Below are positions 43,515 through 57,774 of a stretch of DNA of 64,000 nucleotides, in pieces. How positions within the stretch are numbered: the stretch's first letter is position 1; every line of letters begins with the position of its first letter. The DNA is from Octopus vulgaris. Taxonomy: Eukaryota. The position numbers and the translations under genes are program-made. The notes under the pieces were generated by a model. The model did not search any database. It had not been told where the DNA came from and saw nothing but the letters and a program-made list of their open reading frames with translations. The stretch is taken from assembly GCA_951406725.2 (NCBI GenBank), contig OX597819.1:127410001-127474000 (forward strand). Reading direction: 5' to 3'.

Positions 43515-44431
43515 TAGTTGAAATTTATAGAAAAACAAAAGACGAAGACAGGTGTATGAACAAGAGAATGAAAAAAACTTGTAGATTTCAGCAGTCCAGC
43601 ATAGCGACTGATTAGAAAAAGAAGAGGTTTAATGAAAGGGAGATAATAGTGCTAGTGATCCCAAGAGGTGTGCGTGTGTGTATGTGAGAATGATGTGTAT
43701 GAGTGTGTATGTGTTTATGAATAGGGGCGAGTGACCCTGACGTGTGTGAGTGTGTGTGCGTATGCAACGTGTGAGTGTCTGTGACCAAACAGTGCGTGTG
43801 TATGGTCTATATATGTGGGCAAAAATTATCTTTATGTATGTTGCGTGTGTTAATACGTGATGCGTGTGCGTATATATATATATATATAACCTGTGTTCAG
43901 GTATTATATGCTTGTGTGGGTGTGGAAGTGTGTATGATGGTGTGTAGTGTGTGTACTGAGTTAAACAGTGCATGTGACCGTTCATATAGTTGTATGTGCG
44001 GTAACGCCATTGAAGATTGTGTGTAGTGTGGGTGCCGCGAAGTGGTCAGTGCTAGTGTTTGTGGGATGGTATCAAACGAAGAGAGGAGATGAGGTTGGTG
44101 TCACATGAAGAGAGGAGGTGAATTGAGCCCATGTAGTGCAAAGGGGTGAAGAGAGAAAATTAATTTCTGTTCACGGCGAAGGTGGGAGTCCGGATGGCCC
44201 TGCAAAGGTAATCCGAACACAGACAAATCTTGTAGCGAATGACTAGTAAAGCGGAAATGGCGCGAGACTAGGATGTCACTGCCGAGTCTGATGTCTTGGA
44301 GGTGCTCCACGAACTGGTCAGCCAAGTGGTGTCCCGTTTGACAGATGTATAGGGAAGGATAGAGAGAGGAGGAGATACTGTAAATGATGTTACTAAAAGT
44401 GCAGGTAAAGGAGTCAGTGATGTGATAAGGA

Positions 44432-44434
<3 letters not shown>
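43515..44434 (-). mobile_element. 3' fragment of the Neptune-type Penelope family (GIY-YIG and 3' region)
   Basis: DQFVEHLQDIRLGSDILVSRHF... is homologous to 12160-12450. Confidence 0.85.
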
Positions 44435-44497
<63 letters not shown>

Positions 44498-44532
44498 TTG
44501 TTTGCAAGACATCTATATATAAATGTATGTAT

Positions 44533-44825
44533 GAGGAGGCCTAATGGCCCAGTGGTTAGGGCAGTGGATTCGCGGCCGTGGGATCACGGTTTCGATTCCC
44601 ACACCGGGTGTTGTGAGTGCTTATTAAGCGTAAACACCTGAAGCTCCACGAGACTCCAGCAGGGGGTGCTCACTCTTTTTTCCTGTTTCTGTTGTACCTG
44701 TTTTTCAAAGGGCCAGCCTTGTCACACACTGTGTCACGCTGAATCACCCCCAGAACCACGTTAAGGGTACACGTGTCTGTGGAGTGATCAGCCACTTGCA
44801 CGTTAATTTCACGAGCAGGCTGTTC
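44533..44825 (+). mobile_element. SINE family A, diverged and truncated
   Basis: Matches 3972-4300. Confidence 0.85.
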
Positions 44826-44969
44826 AGGACTTATTCTTTGTAAGCCTAGTACTTATTCTATCGGTCTCTTTTGCTGAACCGCTAATGTTACGCGGACGTA
44901 AACATGCCACCATCGGTTGTCAACCAATGGTGGTGGTGGTGGGGGACAAACACAGACAAACAAACATAT

Positions 44970-45011
<42 letters not shown>

Positions 45012-45191
45012 GACGGGCTTTTATATATATACGACGGGCTTTTTTCAGTTTCTATCTACCAAATCCACTCACAAGGCTTTGGTCAGCCAGAGGCTATAGT
45101 AGAAGACACTTGCCCAAGGTGCCACGCAGTGGGAATGAACCCGGAACCATGTGGTTGGTAAGCAAGCTACTTATCACACAGCCATTCCTGC

Positions 45192-45192
<1 letters not shown>
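44826..45192 (-). mobile_element. SINE family D
   Basis: Family match with tRNA-like head on the minus strand. Confidence 0.85.
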
Positions 45193-45236
<44 letters not shown>

Positions 45237-45298
45237 TATACATATATATATGTATATATATATATATACATATATACATATATATGTACACACATACA

Positions 45299-45398
<100 letters not shown>

Positions 45399-46131
45399 TA
45401 CATATATGCATATGCTCACACAAACCCTCACATAGAGACAGAAGTGAGGATGTGGGGTTTTTTTGCCTGTATAGATAGAAAACCGTGTCATTACAATTAG
45501 TAAATCTTTTCTAATCAACAAAAGGCTCGACGGTGACTTTCTGAAGAAATAAGTTTTCCGCGAAAGTCAACTGACTCAGATCCTCGCATTTCGATTTCAA
45601 AAATAACACAATTACAACAATAACAATATGAATAAATTAATAAGGAAAGTAACCAACAACCTACATCAGCGTGATTTAGTCAAGAGTTGAAGTGGAACCT
45701 AATTATTTACTTCCAGTTCTTTTCAAGATTTTTCTGTGTAGTTTCATGGTTTTTAATAGAAACAATTATACAATTTAAATTTAGTCATTATGTTAAACAT
45801 TAATATCTTCCTCCGTTAACGGTCTAATAGATAATGAATCACCTCACACAGATCTTCAATTGTATAAAATATACGTACAAATATACGTACATATATTGTT
45901 TGTGTGTGTGAGTAAGTATCTATCTCTGAAAGCAGGTATGTATGAGTCATAATATTTGTCATTAAAGACTCCTCTTTATAGGTCAAAAGTGAGTAAACGA
46001 GTATCATAGGGTGACCACGGTATTTGCTTTCTTTTACATACAAAAGCCACGTTGCAGGCATGAAATGGGTCTTCCTCTATGTATATGCATGCGTGTTGGT
46101 GTGCCTATATATGTATGTATATATATATATA

Positions 46132-46249
<118 letters not shown>

Positions 46250-46542
46250 TGTATATATATGAATATATGTATATATATGTATATATATATGTATGTGTAT
46301 ATATATATACACAAGTATATACTCTTTTTCTCTTTTACTTGTTTCAGTCATTTGACTGTGGCCATGCAGGAGCACCGCTTTTAGTCGACCAAATCAACCC
46401 CAGGACTTATTCTTTGTAAGCCTAGTACTTATTTTATCGGTCTCTTTTGCCGAACCGCTATGTTACGAGGACCTAAACACACTATCATCAGTTGTCAAGC
46501 GATGTTGGGAGGGGACAAACACAGACACTCACATACATACAC

Positions 46543-46579
<37 letters not shown>

Positions 46580-46731
46580 GTTATCGCCATACTAATATGG
46601 CATTCTTATAAAAATAAGAATAAAGCTGACCGCTTATTAGTCCATGAGGCCATCGCCTTAAGTTAGCTATTTGATACACAAACTGTATCCATATAACCTT
46701 TGAACAAGGGAGGTCAGTCGCTCCACACTAC

Positions 46732-46773
46732 GCTGCATTGAAAAGGGGCAATACCCCGAAACGCGTCTGTAGC
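46732..46773 (+). ncRNA. Type I hammerhead ribozyme, U3-A8 core variant (copy 1)
   Basis: gctgca TTGAAAA gggg-caata-cccc GAAA cgcg TC tgtagc; predicted cleavage after C46767. Confidence 0.82.
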
Positions 46774-47094
46774 TGCCGGCCAAGTAGTGTGGAGCGACTG
46801 ACCTCTCTTGTTCAAAGGTTATATGGATACAGTTTGTGTATCAAATAGCTAACTTAAGGCGATGGCCTCATGGAGCTAATATGCGGTCAGCTTTATTCTT
46901 ATTTTTATAAGAATGCCATATTAGTATGGCGATAACTAATATTTTCCGGGAACGCTGCCGTTGTTCTCTTTTAGAGAGACTTAGTAATTTTAATATTTCT
47001 ATTATTGAAAACAAGTGGATGTATTCCACCGAAGCTAGGTAAATAAAACCTTTGAACAGAGATTGTCGGAAGCGACACCTACTGGTTTGGCTAC

Positions 47095-47136
47095 GCTGCA
47101 TTGAAAAGGGGCAATACCCCGAAACGCGTCTGTAGC
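47095..47136 (+). ncRNA. Type I hammerhead ribozyme, U3-A8 core variant (copy 2)
   Basis: Identical to copy 1; stem I can extend by ttggct/ggccaa; predicted cleavage after C47130. Confidence 0.82.
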
Positions 47137-47356
47137 TGCCGGCCAAGTAGTGTGGAGCGACTGACCTCCCTTGTTCAAAGGTTATATGGATACAGTTTGT
47201 GTATCAAATAGCTAACTTAAGGCGATGGCCTCATGGAGCTAATAAGCGGTCAGCTTTATTCTTATTTTTATAAGAATGCCATATTAGTATGGCGATAACT
47301 AATATTTTCCGGGAACGCTGCCGTTGTTCTCTTTTAGGGAGACTTAGTAATTTTAA

Positions 47357-47402
<46 letters not shown>

Positions 47403-47636
47403 TACGGCAGGCTTCTTTCAATTTCCCTCTACAAAATCCACTCACAAGGCATGGTCCGCCCGAGGTTGTAGTAGAAGACACGTGCCACTTGCCCAAGATG
47501 CCACGCAGTGGGACTGAACCCGGAACCACGTCGTTCGTAAGCAAGCTACTTACCACAAAGCCACTCCTACACCTATATACTTAAACATGTATGTTTAGTG
47601 TGTACACGTCTCTTGATACATATATATATAAATGTC

Positions 47637-47687
<51 letters not shown>

Positions 47688-47822
47688 ATAATAAAAGGGT
47701 AAAATTAATTAATTATTAATTAATTTCATCAAGTAGTGTTCAGTATGTAAAAGGACCATTCAAGGTATATTTAAAATATTACGTTTTATATAAATTATTT
47801 TACTGAGCCCTAATTATATAAC

Positions 47823-47888
<66 letters not shown>

Positions 47889-47915
47889 GTATGTATACAA
47901 ATATACATATATGTG

Positions 47916-47992
<77 letters not shown>

Positions 47993-49019
47993 TTATCCAT
48001 CCAGCCAGCCAGTCAGCCAGCCGTCTTTCTGTCTGTCTGTCTGTCTATATGCATGTATGTGCGTTGTGTTTTTAAGATTGAGTATACACTCGTTGTTCTA
48101 TTCTTTGCGCAGATGACGAATTATATTGGGTTGGCAGAATCGGTATGCACCAAATAAAGAATTTCAAGAGCCACAATTCTTCTTCAGAATCATTGATCCG
48201 GGAGTAACTTTGACTGAAATGACACAGCTCATACCACCACAGTATATCACAGTCCCTTTATCTCAATGATCCAGTGTGTGGTGAACACATCGTCTGAAAG
48301 GAGAGGTTGTCCTCCAAAGTCGACAAACAACAACAAGTATATTCAATGAAATATTTCGTGGTGGATATGGGCTGGTGTAGAGAAAATATCGGTAGATAGA
48401 AAAGTCTATAAAATCCACAAAACATTACCAATTAAATAAGTAAATGAGTGGAAATTTTACCGGTGAGTGTGTTAAATTTTAAGGCACTAAAAGAGAATGA
48501 CTCTCCCCAGACGCAACAGAATATTACTAAGTCTCCTATATGTACATCCATATGTCACCACCGCCTCTCCCATTTATTTATAATTATATTTATACTTATG
48601 TACATCCATACATAGATACAAATGGTCAATGAAGCAGGCTGAACTTAGCGGAAACTATATCTTTTATCGTAAAATTGTTTCAGATTTAGGACTGCAGCTA
48701 TGCTGCTGCCACCTATTGTTTTTCTATTTTAGTGCTACTTCTTATTCAATTGGTCTTTCCTTTTTTCCAGTAGCTTGTGGTGACATAAACAAAACAGCAA
48801 CGGTTCTCAATAGAGGCAAGCACAAAACCACACGCACACTCATATATACGATGGGTTTCTTTCAGTTTCCCTCTACTAAATCTGCTCACAATGCTTCAGT
48901 CGGTCCGGGACTATAGAAGAAGACACTTGCCTAAGTTACCGCGCGGTAGGACTGAACCCAGAGCCATGTGGTTGGGAAGCAAACTTCGCATCCCAGAGCC
49001 ACACCTGCGCATTAATATG

Positions 49020-49320
49020 CTGAGACAGCCTTCGGTCATGAATGGCAATGGGATTGCACCTAGAAAGTTACCCTCCCAGGCACAAGTCCGAGCAAGGTTG
49101 TTTATAGAAGACCAGCAGTCGCCCATACATACAGGCCTCCCCTCTCCACGCCACCAGTGTTATCCAAGGGAAAGACAAAGGGGCCGATACAGCTTGGCAC
49201 CAGTGACATCGCAACTCATTTCTACAGCTGAGTGAAGTGGAGCAACGTGAAATAAAAGTGTCTTGACCAAGTACACAACACACAGCCCAGTCCGGGATTC
49301 GAACTCACAACCTCACGAAC
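49020..49320 (-). mobile_element. SINE family C, 5'-truncated
   Basis: Reverse-complement match to 55320-55650. Confidence 0.88.
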
Positions 49321-49817
49321 CATGCGTATATATGACATATATATCTGGTACTTGTTTCAGTCATTAGACTGGGACTACGTTGTGGCACCACCTTGAATTT
49401 TTAGTCGAATGTATCGATCCTAGTACTTATTTTTTTTAAAGACTGGTACTTTTTCCATTGGTCTTTTTTGCTGAACCGCTAATGTTAGGGGGACGTAAAG
49501 CTGTGGTGGGGAGAAAAACACAGCCACAAAGACACACACGCGCAGATAAATATATACAGATATACATCTATAAGATGGGTGTCTTTTAGTTTCTGTCTGC
49601 CAAATCCAATCACAAGGCTCTTTTGTCGGTCCGAGGCTATAGGGGAAGACACTCGTCTATGGTACCATGCAGTGGGACTGAACCCCGAACCATATCTTTG
49701 GGAAGCAAGCTTCTTACCACACAGCCACGCCTGTGCCTATATATATATATGTGTGTGTGTGTGCGTGTGTGTGTGTGTGTGTGCGTGTGTGTGTGTGTGC
49801 GTGCGTGCGTGTGTATG

Positions 49818-49848
<31 letters not shown>

Positions 49849-50188
49849 CTATGTATATGTATATATATGTATATATATATATATATTTATATTTAAATGA
49901 TAAGGGTGAAAAATTTAATATCAATTTGATTAATATCAATTTAAAACCAGTGGCCTAGCATATTGAATAGTCTGAAGATTCAGAAAAATTATCTCTTATA
50001 TGTATGTCATATATATATATATATATATATGTATATCAGCCGAAATTGTGAGGATGATCCGGTTCTTGACTGAAGATTAAAGGCTTCTGATGACTCGTCC
50101 GTGTTGTTTGTATTGTCTATCTGGATGTTTTGCGTTCTTGTCCTGTTTTGTATTTATATATATATATACACATACACACATACACACG

Positions 50189-50243
<55 letters not shown>

Positions 50244-51041
50244 TCATATGAATGTGAATGTATATGAACCAATATGTATACCATATACCAAGGGCGGACT
50301 ATCCTCGTGTATAGTCCCCCCTTGAGTATAATACGCTGAAATATTTGGGTTGCCGATTTGGGAGCCTGCTATGTTGATAATATAAAAGCATTTCCATATG
50401 GACTTCCTACGGAATTTGGTAGATTTGGTAACGCACAGCGGGGACAATGTTATCATGTTTGTAGCGATCTTCGATTTTTCCTGGCAGATTCTTGTTTTGC
50501 TATAAAATAATTACATAGAAATTGCAAAGCATCTAAATACAATTAAGTCTTACTTTCTATCCAGTGCACTATCTCCTACAAGGTAAGTATGTCACTTAGA
50601 ATAATGTTGTTTTTGAAGCAGTTCCATACATCATCCTTTGATTTTTAACGGAGGAAATGCAGTGAAATTGTTTGAAATGAAATTTCTGTATGTGGTGCAG
50701 ATTTGAGAATTCTGAAATGCAGTGAAATTGTTTGAAATGAGTACTGAATCCGAGTGACTGGTTCGCCACGTCTCACTCCGCACTAATATATTCAATATAA
50801 AAACAATTTTTAAAATTCTGGACACTACATTATGTTACATCTTTTATAAGTTATGTAATGGCAGCAATTCAGTAGGTTGTATCTTACCACTTCAAGACTT
50901 CGGGACTTCATATTTTACATAATCCACTGCTATTGACGATGGCATTATTCATGGCTGAATTACATCAGAAACAATTTTCTAACCCTGAACTTAACCACTT
51001 TACAATTGAATAAATATTCTCCCCACTCTCTACCTTTCTCT

Positions 51042-51093
<52 letters not shown>

Positions 51094-51152
51094 CGCTCTC
51101 TTTTTTCTTTCTTGTATCAGTAATTGACTATGGTTGATTCATCAAAATACTT

Positions 51153-51383
51153 ATTTCTTTACTACCCACAAGGGGCTAAACACAGTGAGGACAAATAAGG
51201 ACAGACAAACGGATTAAGTCGATTACATTGACCACAGTGCGTAACTGTTACTTATTTAATCGACTCCGAAAGGATGAAAGGCAAAGTCTACCTCGTCGGA
51301 ATTTGAACTCAGAACGTAACGGCAGACGAAATACTGCTCAGCATTTCGCCCGGCGTGCTAACGTTTCTGCCAGCTCGCCGCCT
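51153..51383 (-). mobile_element. SINE family B monomer
   Basis: Family match. Confidence 0.9.
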
Positions 51384-51910
51384 TTGATTTATCAACATAT
51401 AACTTACCTGAAAATAAGTTATATGACCTGACTGAATAGAACCCAAATGCCACTTTAACTACCAAGTAATCATTTTGAAGTGCAGGTATTTGAAGCAATT
51501 GCCTCATGTTTTAGATGATTAGAATCGATAAAGGTATGGCTCACACCTATATAATTAATTATATGAGAGACAAATAAAATGGAAAATTATTAGAACCAAT
51601 TTCTAAAACTTGATCCCCGTACAGTATGGTGCACACAAAAATAGGCAAGTCAAATATTTGTGATATGTCTCTTTATAGATATCTTTAAACGTCCGAGGGT
51701 TCTGTATGTCATAAGACAAAAGGAAGGTCAATACATTTCCTAAAATACTAGCTGGATTGCTGCAGTGAATGAGGTTTTCATTTGTGCTTTACAAACTTCA
51801 TTGTGGCTTTGGCCTGTCATTGTAAGTTGGGCCCACTAACATGGATCTGATTGTTTCCTGAAATGCTAAGTATAGTTAGTTCCTTAATGTACCTACCTGT
51901 AACTGTTTTA

Positions 51911-52201
51911 GGATCTTTTCGGTTTGAACGGCAGTTTTTAACATAATTTCTAGGTAACTAAAAAATTTTAAACTTCGTATACTGATAGAATGTGTTTATA
52001 AAACATATTTTTCTCTGGGCTTTATTGAGAAAATTCTATAGTTTGTAAGATATTTGTTGTTGTTTTTCTTCAATTTCTACCTAACTAACCCTAACCCTAA
52101 AACAGATTGAAATGCAATAGATCGATTCTAGGGTCATAATTATGGGTGACAATTTCGTATGACACCGCTAGAAAAAACTGCCGTTCAAACCGAAAAGATC
52201 C
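51911..52201. mobile_element. MITE with 29-bp TIRs and 8-bp TSD (GG termini, Merlin-like)
   Basis: TIR ggatcttttcggtttgaacggcagttttt is perfect at both ends; TSD ctgtttta. A partial second copy lies at 58315-58500. Confidence 0.88.
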
Positions 52202-52661
52202 CTGTTTTAATACTAACTAAACTGTTGTTAGTCTTGGATCTCAGTTAGTTTTACTTATATTAATTAAGAGAACAAAACAAAGCATTAATATTTAAATATA
52301 CATATATATAGTATGGAACTGAAGGTCATTAATATAGGTATTTCTATAGAAATTCGACAAATAGTTAATTAATGCAAAACCTAGTTAAAAGAATAATAGT
52401 TATCACAAGAGTAAAAACAGAGAAAGATCTCAAGGAAATTAGTAAGTATAAAGGTTAAAGATCAGTAGAAATTTAGGCTAGGAAAATAAAGGCCTGTAAA
52501 TTTGAAAAGAGCAAATTCAACCAAGCATCAAGATAGCTAAGATATAATTATATTCAGTAAAACAACAAAACACTTTAGGTTCATCTATATATGTGTGTGG
52601 GTGTATATGTGCGTGTATGTATGTAGATGTAGATCTAAATGTATATACGTATATATGTATA

Positions 52662-52748
<87 letters not shown>

Positions 52749-52966
52749 CAGTGTTTGTACATACGTATATACACATACGCACGCACACATACATATACGT
52801 ATATAATTAGATTCACATTAATCTTTACTTAAACTGTTTTCTTTTATTTCAAGTTAGTCGAGTTGAAAGATGCGTAATAAAAAGATTCAGCTTGACTGAA
52901 TAATTCTTCAGTGTTTAGTCTTAATAACAAAAAGCCCGAAATACGAAAATGAATCGTGAGTGGGTG

Positions 52967-53001
<35 letters not shown>

Positions 53002-53424
53002 ATGAAAGAAGCAAAGATAGAGAATGAGAGAGAGAGAGAGAGAATGACAGAGACCGAGTGAAAGAGATACAGAAAGAGATTTGGGAAAGAGTAATAAAAT
53101 AATTCATGTAGCCTTTTTTAGTCATCTGTTATTTTTAATTTTAAACTTGTGTCTAATAACGACAATGATAAGGAGAGGTGATGATGCTAAAGGTGAAAGT
53201 GGTATTTTTTGATACATATTTCTGAACGCATAGCTATGCATTTATGTGTGTGTATGTCTGTTAATATGTCTGTGTATGTGTGTATGTGCGTGCGTGTGTG
53301 TGTGTATGTGTGTGTATTTGTAGATAACCATACACACACACATACATTTTTTTACATACCTGTACATGTACCTGCTTATGTGTGTATATTATGGACGTAA
53401 GTATAACGCAGACAGAAAACCGGG

Positions 53425-53521
<97 letters not shown>

Positions 53522-55181
53522 GGATAGATGGATAGATGGATAGATGGATAGATAGATAGTATATTTCATAGGGCCTTTAACGTCTCTACAAAAAGTAGAA
53601 ATTTCAAGAATTCATTTTTGCATTTCCGCAAACATGTAAGAATTCTGGCAACAAATTCGTCTGCTAAGTAGCCTTGCTTTTCTTTTTCTAAATGTTTTGT
53701 ATATGCGCTTAATTTATTTTATCGGAGCAAAAAAGAGTGACACTCCGTAATCATGGAATCCAAAGAAGAATACAGAGAAGTGTTTTGTTGATTTTTATGA
53801 AGCCCACAGAATAGGAATCCTTTACTGAGACTTAATAGATCGCTCTTGAAGTAAATTGTCCTTTCTCTTCTCACAGAAGCAGGCTGCAATGACATTTTGA
53901 CACCTGTGTTAGTCATTTATTGTTAGATATACTGAGACAATATCAGCGAAGTTATGGATGTAGCTGTTAGTCCAAGATTCTATCGAAGCTTCTGTCTATA
54001 GCTTTCAACAAACGGATTGATTGATTAAATAATTAACAGTAATTACTTAACCGATTTAAGTCCTTGAATTAGTAGAATTCTTAGACTGTCATACAAACAT
54101 CTTTGCTGTATTTAGTATCACCAATGCCTAAATTCCGACGTGCTCTTTCTTTGCTTTTTATTCCTTCAAGCGTCAATGGAATAAGCCACTGCTCAGTTAA
54201 TTACCCAGAGGAGTTTAAACGAGGAACTAGCTTCCCTAAAGTGTGTAGCAATTTTTATTAATTTAACATATCAATCTACTAATGAGTTACAACACATTAA
54301 TTATAGAATAGTAAAACATGCATTAAATACATTTCCTCTGAATTAAGCAACACGTATGGCATGATGTTCTCTGATCGAAATTGCAAAATAGGTAAATAGC
54401 TTCTTTTAAAATTATAATTCCGTTTTTTTAAATATTTTTATTGTTAGGAATACATTTATGCGACATTTATGGTATATCATTGTATTTTATCGAATACAAC
54501 AAGATAACGAACAAAATTCCTCTAATGCGGTTGCAGTGTATAACACAGAGGAATGGAAAGGGAGCAAAATTCTGATATGCATTTAATCAATAGCTTTATA
54601 TCCTTACATATCCTTAAATGAGTTGGTTGGTACTTCCTCAACAAAATATGTGTGGTAAAATATGATTTACGAAAAATGAAAGTACGATAACTGTAAAAAC
54701 AATGATCGAGGATTCATATTACAATCTCTTGAAACTACAACCTAATGGAATTAATAACCGTATCACAAAAGATTTCAATATTTGGCAACATTTTCGTAAG
54801 GTTTGTCTAAGGTATTGCTTTTGAGAGAGCCGTTAAGCTCGGTGATATTACATACCAATTTAGTTTATTCATCTGTTGGAAAAAGCAGCGCAAATTTATG
54901 TTAAAACATTCTCAGACAATTTAGATAATTCATTTTCATATTTTCTCTCCAGCTATACGATGAGACATGCAAGCACTTATAAATTTGAATACACACACAC
55001 ACATACACACATATACACGCACAAACTCGCACGTGAGGATATGATATATGACATATATATACACATGTATGAATGTTAAGGCATAGGAGTAAGAAAAAAA
55101 AAATATTCAACACGAACAGTAAAATATATTAATTTATTCGAAACTGTAAAACGGACACAAGAAATTCAGTTTTTATGCATA

Positions 55182-55794
<613 letters not shown>

Positions 55795-56012
55795 ATATAA
55801 TAGCGAATCCAAACATGAAAACACAAAAAGAAAACACAACAACACGAGGACGTGGAAGAAGTATAGTGTTATTGGTCGCTCAGGAAAGGAAAGAAAGAAG
55901 GAGGATTTAACGTTTCGAGCGGAGCTCTACGTTAGAAACATGGAAAGAGGAAAGATCCAAGGAAGGGAAGACAGATGGAAAAATCGCCAACGGTACACAC
56001 GCGGTCACATTT
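55795..56012 (-). mobile_element. Penelope-type terminal segment with a decayed minimal hammerhead at 55906-55938
   Basis: Minus strand: ttt CTAACGT a gagc-tcc-gctc GAAA cg TT aaa; same layout as 13085. Confidence 0.6.
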
Positions 56013-56021
56013 ATATATGTG

Positions 56022-56151
<130 letters not shown>

Positions 56152-56384
56152 ATGCCCTGCAACTGAGTTGGTTGTGTGTTCGTTTCTTAACTTTCGAGTA
56201 ACTTACTATGTTGTACAATATGTACTGAGCATTTCTCTTGCTTCTAATAAATTAATACATGCATGAGTATGTATGTATGTATGAACGTACGTATATATGT
56301 ATGTACGTATGTAAGTATGTATGTATGTATGTATGTATATATATATACATATATATGTATCTATCTCTCTCTCTCCATATATAC

Positions 56385-56437
<53 letters not shown>

Positions 56438-56562
56438 TATATGTATATAACTATCCATGTATGTATATCGAAATAGTGTACCTCGAGGCACATAAAATAT
56501 AGATAATGCTATGCAAATATTCTGTTCATAACCTATACGATAGAAAAAGTGAACGTTATTAT

Positions 56563-56635
<73 letters not shown>

Positions 56636-57358
56636 GAAAGTGAGAGAGACAGAGAGACAGAAAGACAGATACATTCATATAAATATAGGTGTATATACAT
56701 ACATTCCATACATTCATAGGTACATACATACGAATATATACACACATATATAATCTATATATTAAATATATTATGTATATATATATATATTCATATATGT
56801 ATAAATTTATAATTATATATATACATGCATGTATGTGTGTACGTACATAGAAATTCGCATAAATACATAAAAAGATACACTCACACACATCTCATACGCT
56901 GTATATATTTAATATACAACTCAATGTATGTATATGTAAGAATTTATTTATGTATTTATTTCTGTACGTGTTTGCTTATATGTGCGCACGTAGGCGTATG
57001 TGTAAGCAATTATGTTTTTCCGTGTGCGACCAGTGTTGATGTTTAGTTTATTTTGCATCGAAGAAACCGATATTTAAGTGATTATCACAACCTATTCCAG
57101 TCGAAAGATTTTTACCTCGATCTTAATTACTCTGACTTGCAATGTTTCTGGCGCAGTAACTTGCTGGTAAATGAAGCACTTTAAGTTGGCAGGGAAGAAC
57201 ATTTACTTATATCGACAATCCTCACAACCTATTGAACATCGACGTATCATTTCTAAATGCCAATAATCAGAACAATGGAGATGGGATGTTATTCTTCCTT
57301 CATCAAACGAAACGTAATGTACCACGACACGATTCTCGCGATCCCTCAGTGTGCGTGT

Positions 57359-57406
<48 letters not shown>

Positions 57407-57418
57407 TATATATATGCG

Positions 57419-57457
<39 letters not shown>

Positions 57458-57542
57458 TATATATGTGTGTATATATGTATATATACATTATATATATGTG
57501 TGTATATTTATATGTAAGTATATATATATATATATATATATC

Positions 57543-57774
57543 ATTTCTTTATTGCCCACAAGGGGCTAAACATAGAGGGGACAAACAAGGACAGACAAAG
57601 GGATTAAGTCGATTAAATCGACCCCAGTGCGTAACTCGTACTTTATTTATCGACCCCGAAAGGATGAAAGGCAAAGTCGATCTCGGCGGAATTTGAACTC
57701 AGAACGTAACGGCAGACGAAATACTGCTAAGCATTTCGCCCGGTGTGCTAACGATTCTGCCAGCTTACCGCCTT
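57543..57774 (-). mobile_element. SINE family B monomer
   Basis: Family match. Confidence 0.9.

Larger units (their letters stand above)
46578..47364 (+). mobile_element. Young retrozyme-like element: 154-bp inverted arm plus ~1.75 tandem copies of a 363-bp unit, inserted in the (TA)n of a family D SINE
   Basis: 46578-46731 is the reverse complement of 46784-46938. 46728-47001 is nearly identical to 47091-47364. SINE D halves lie at 46320-46530 and 47400-47573. Confidence 0.92.

Noticed and set aside
46578-47364. CRISPR-like or DNA-transposon TIR interpretation of the repeats
   Set aside because: There are no unique spacers or cas genes, and the inverted arm is internal and asymmetric rather than terminal.
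50654-50740. 27-bp direct repeat at 60-bp spacing, and small duplications at ~3733-3781 and 13941-13996
   Set aside because: Two copies only; consistent with ordinary local duplication.
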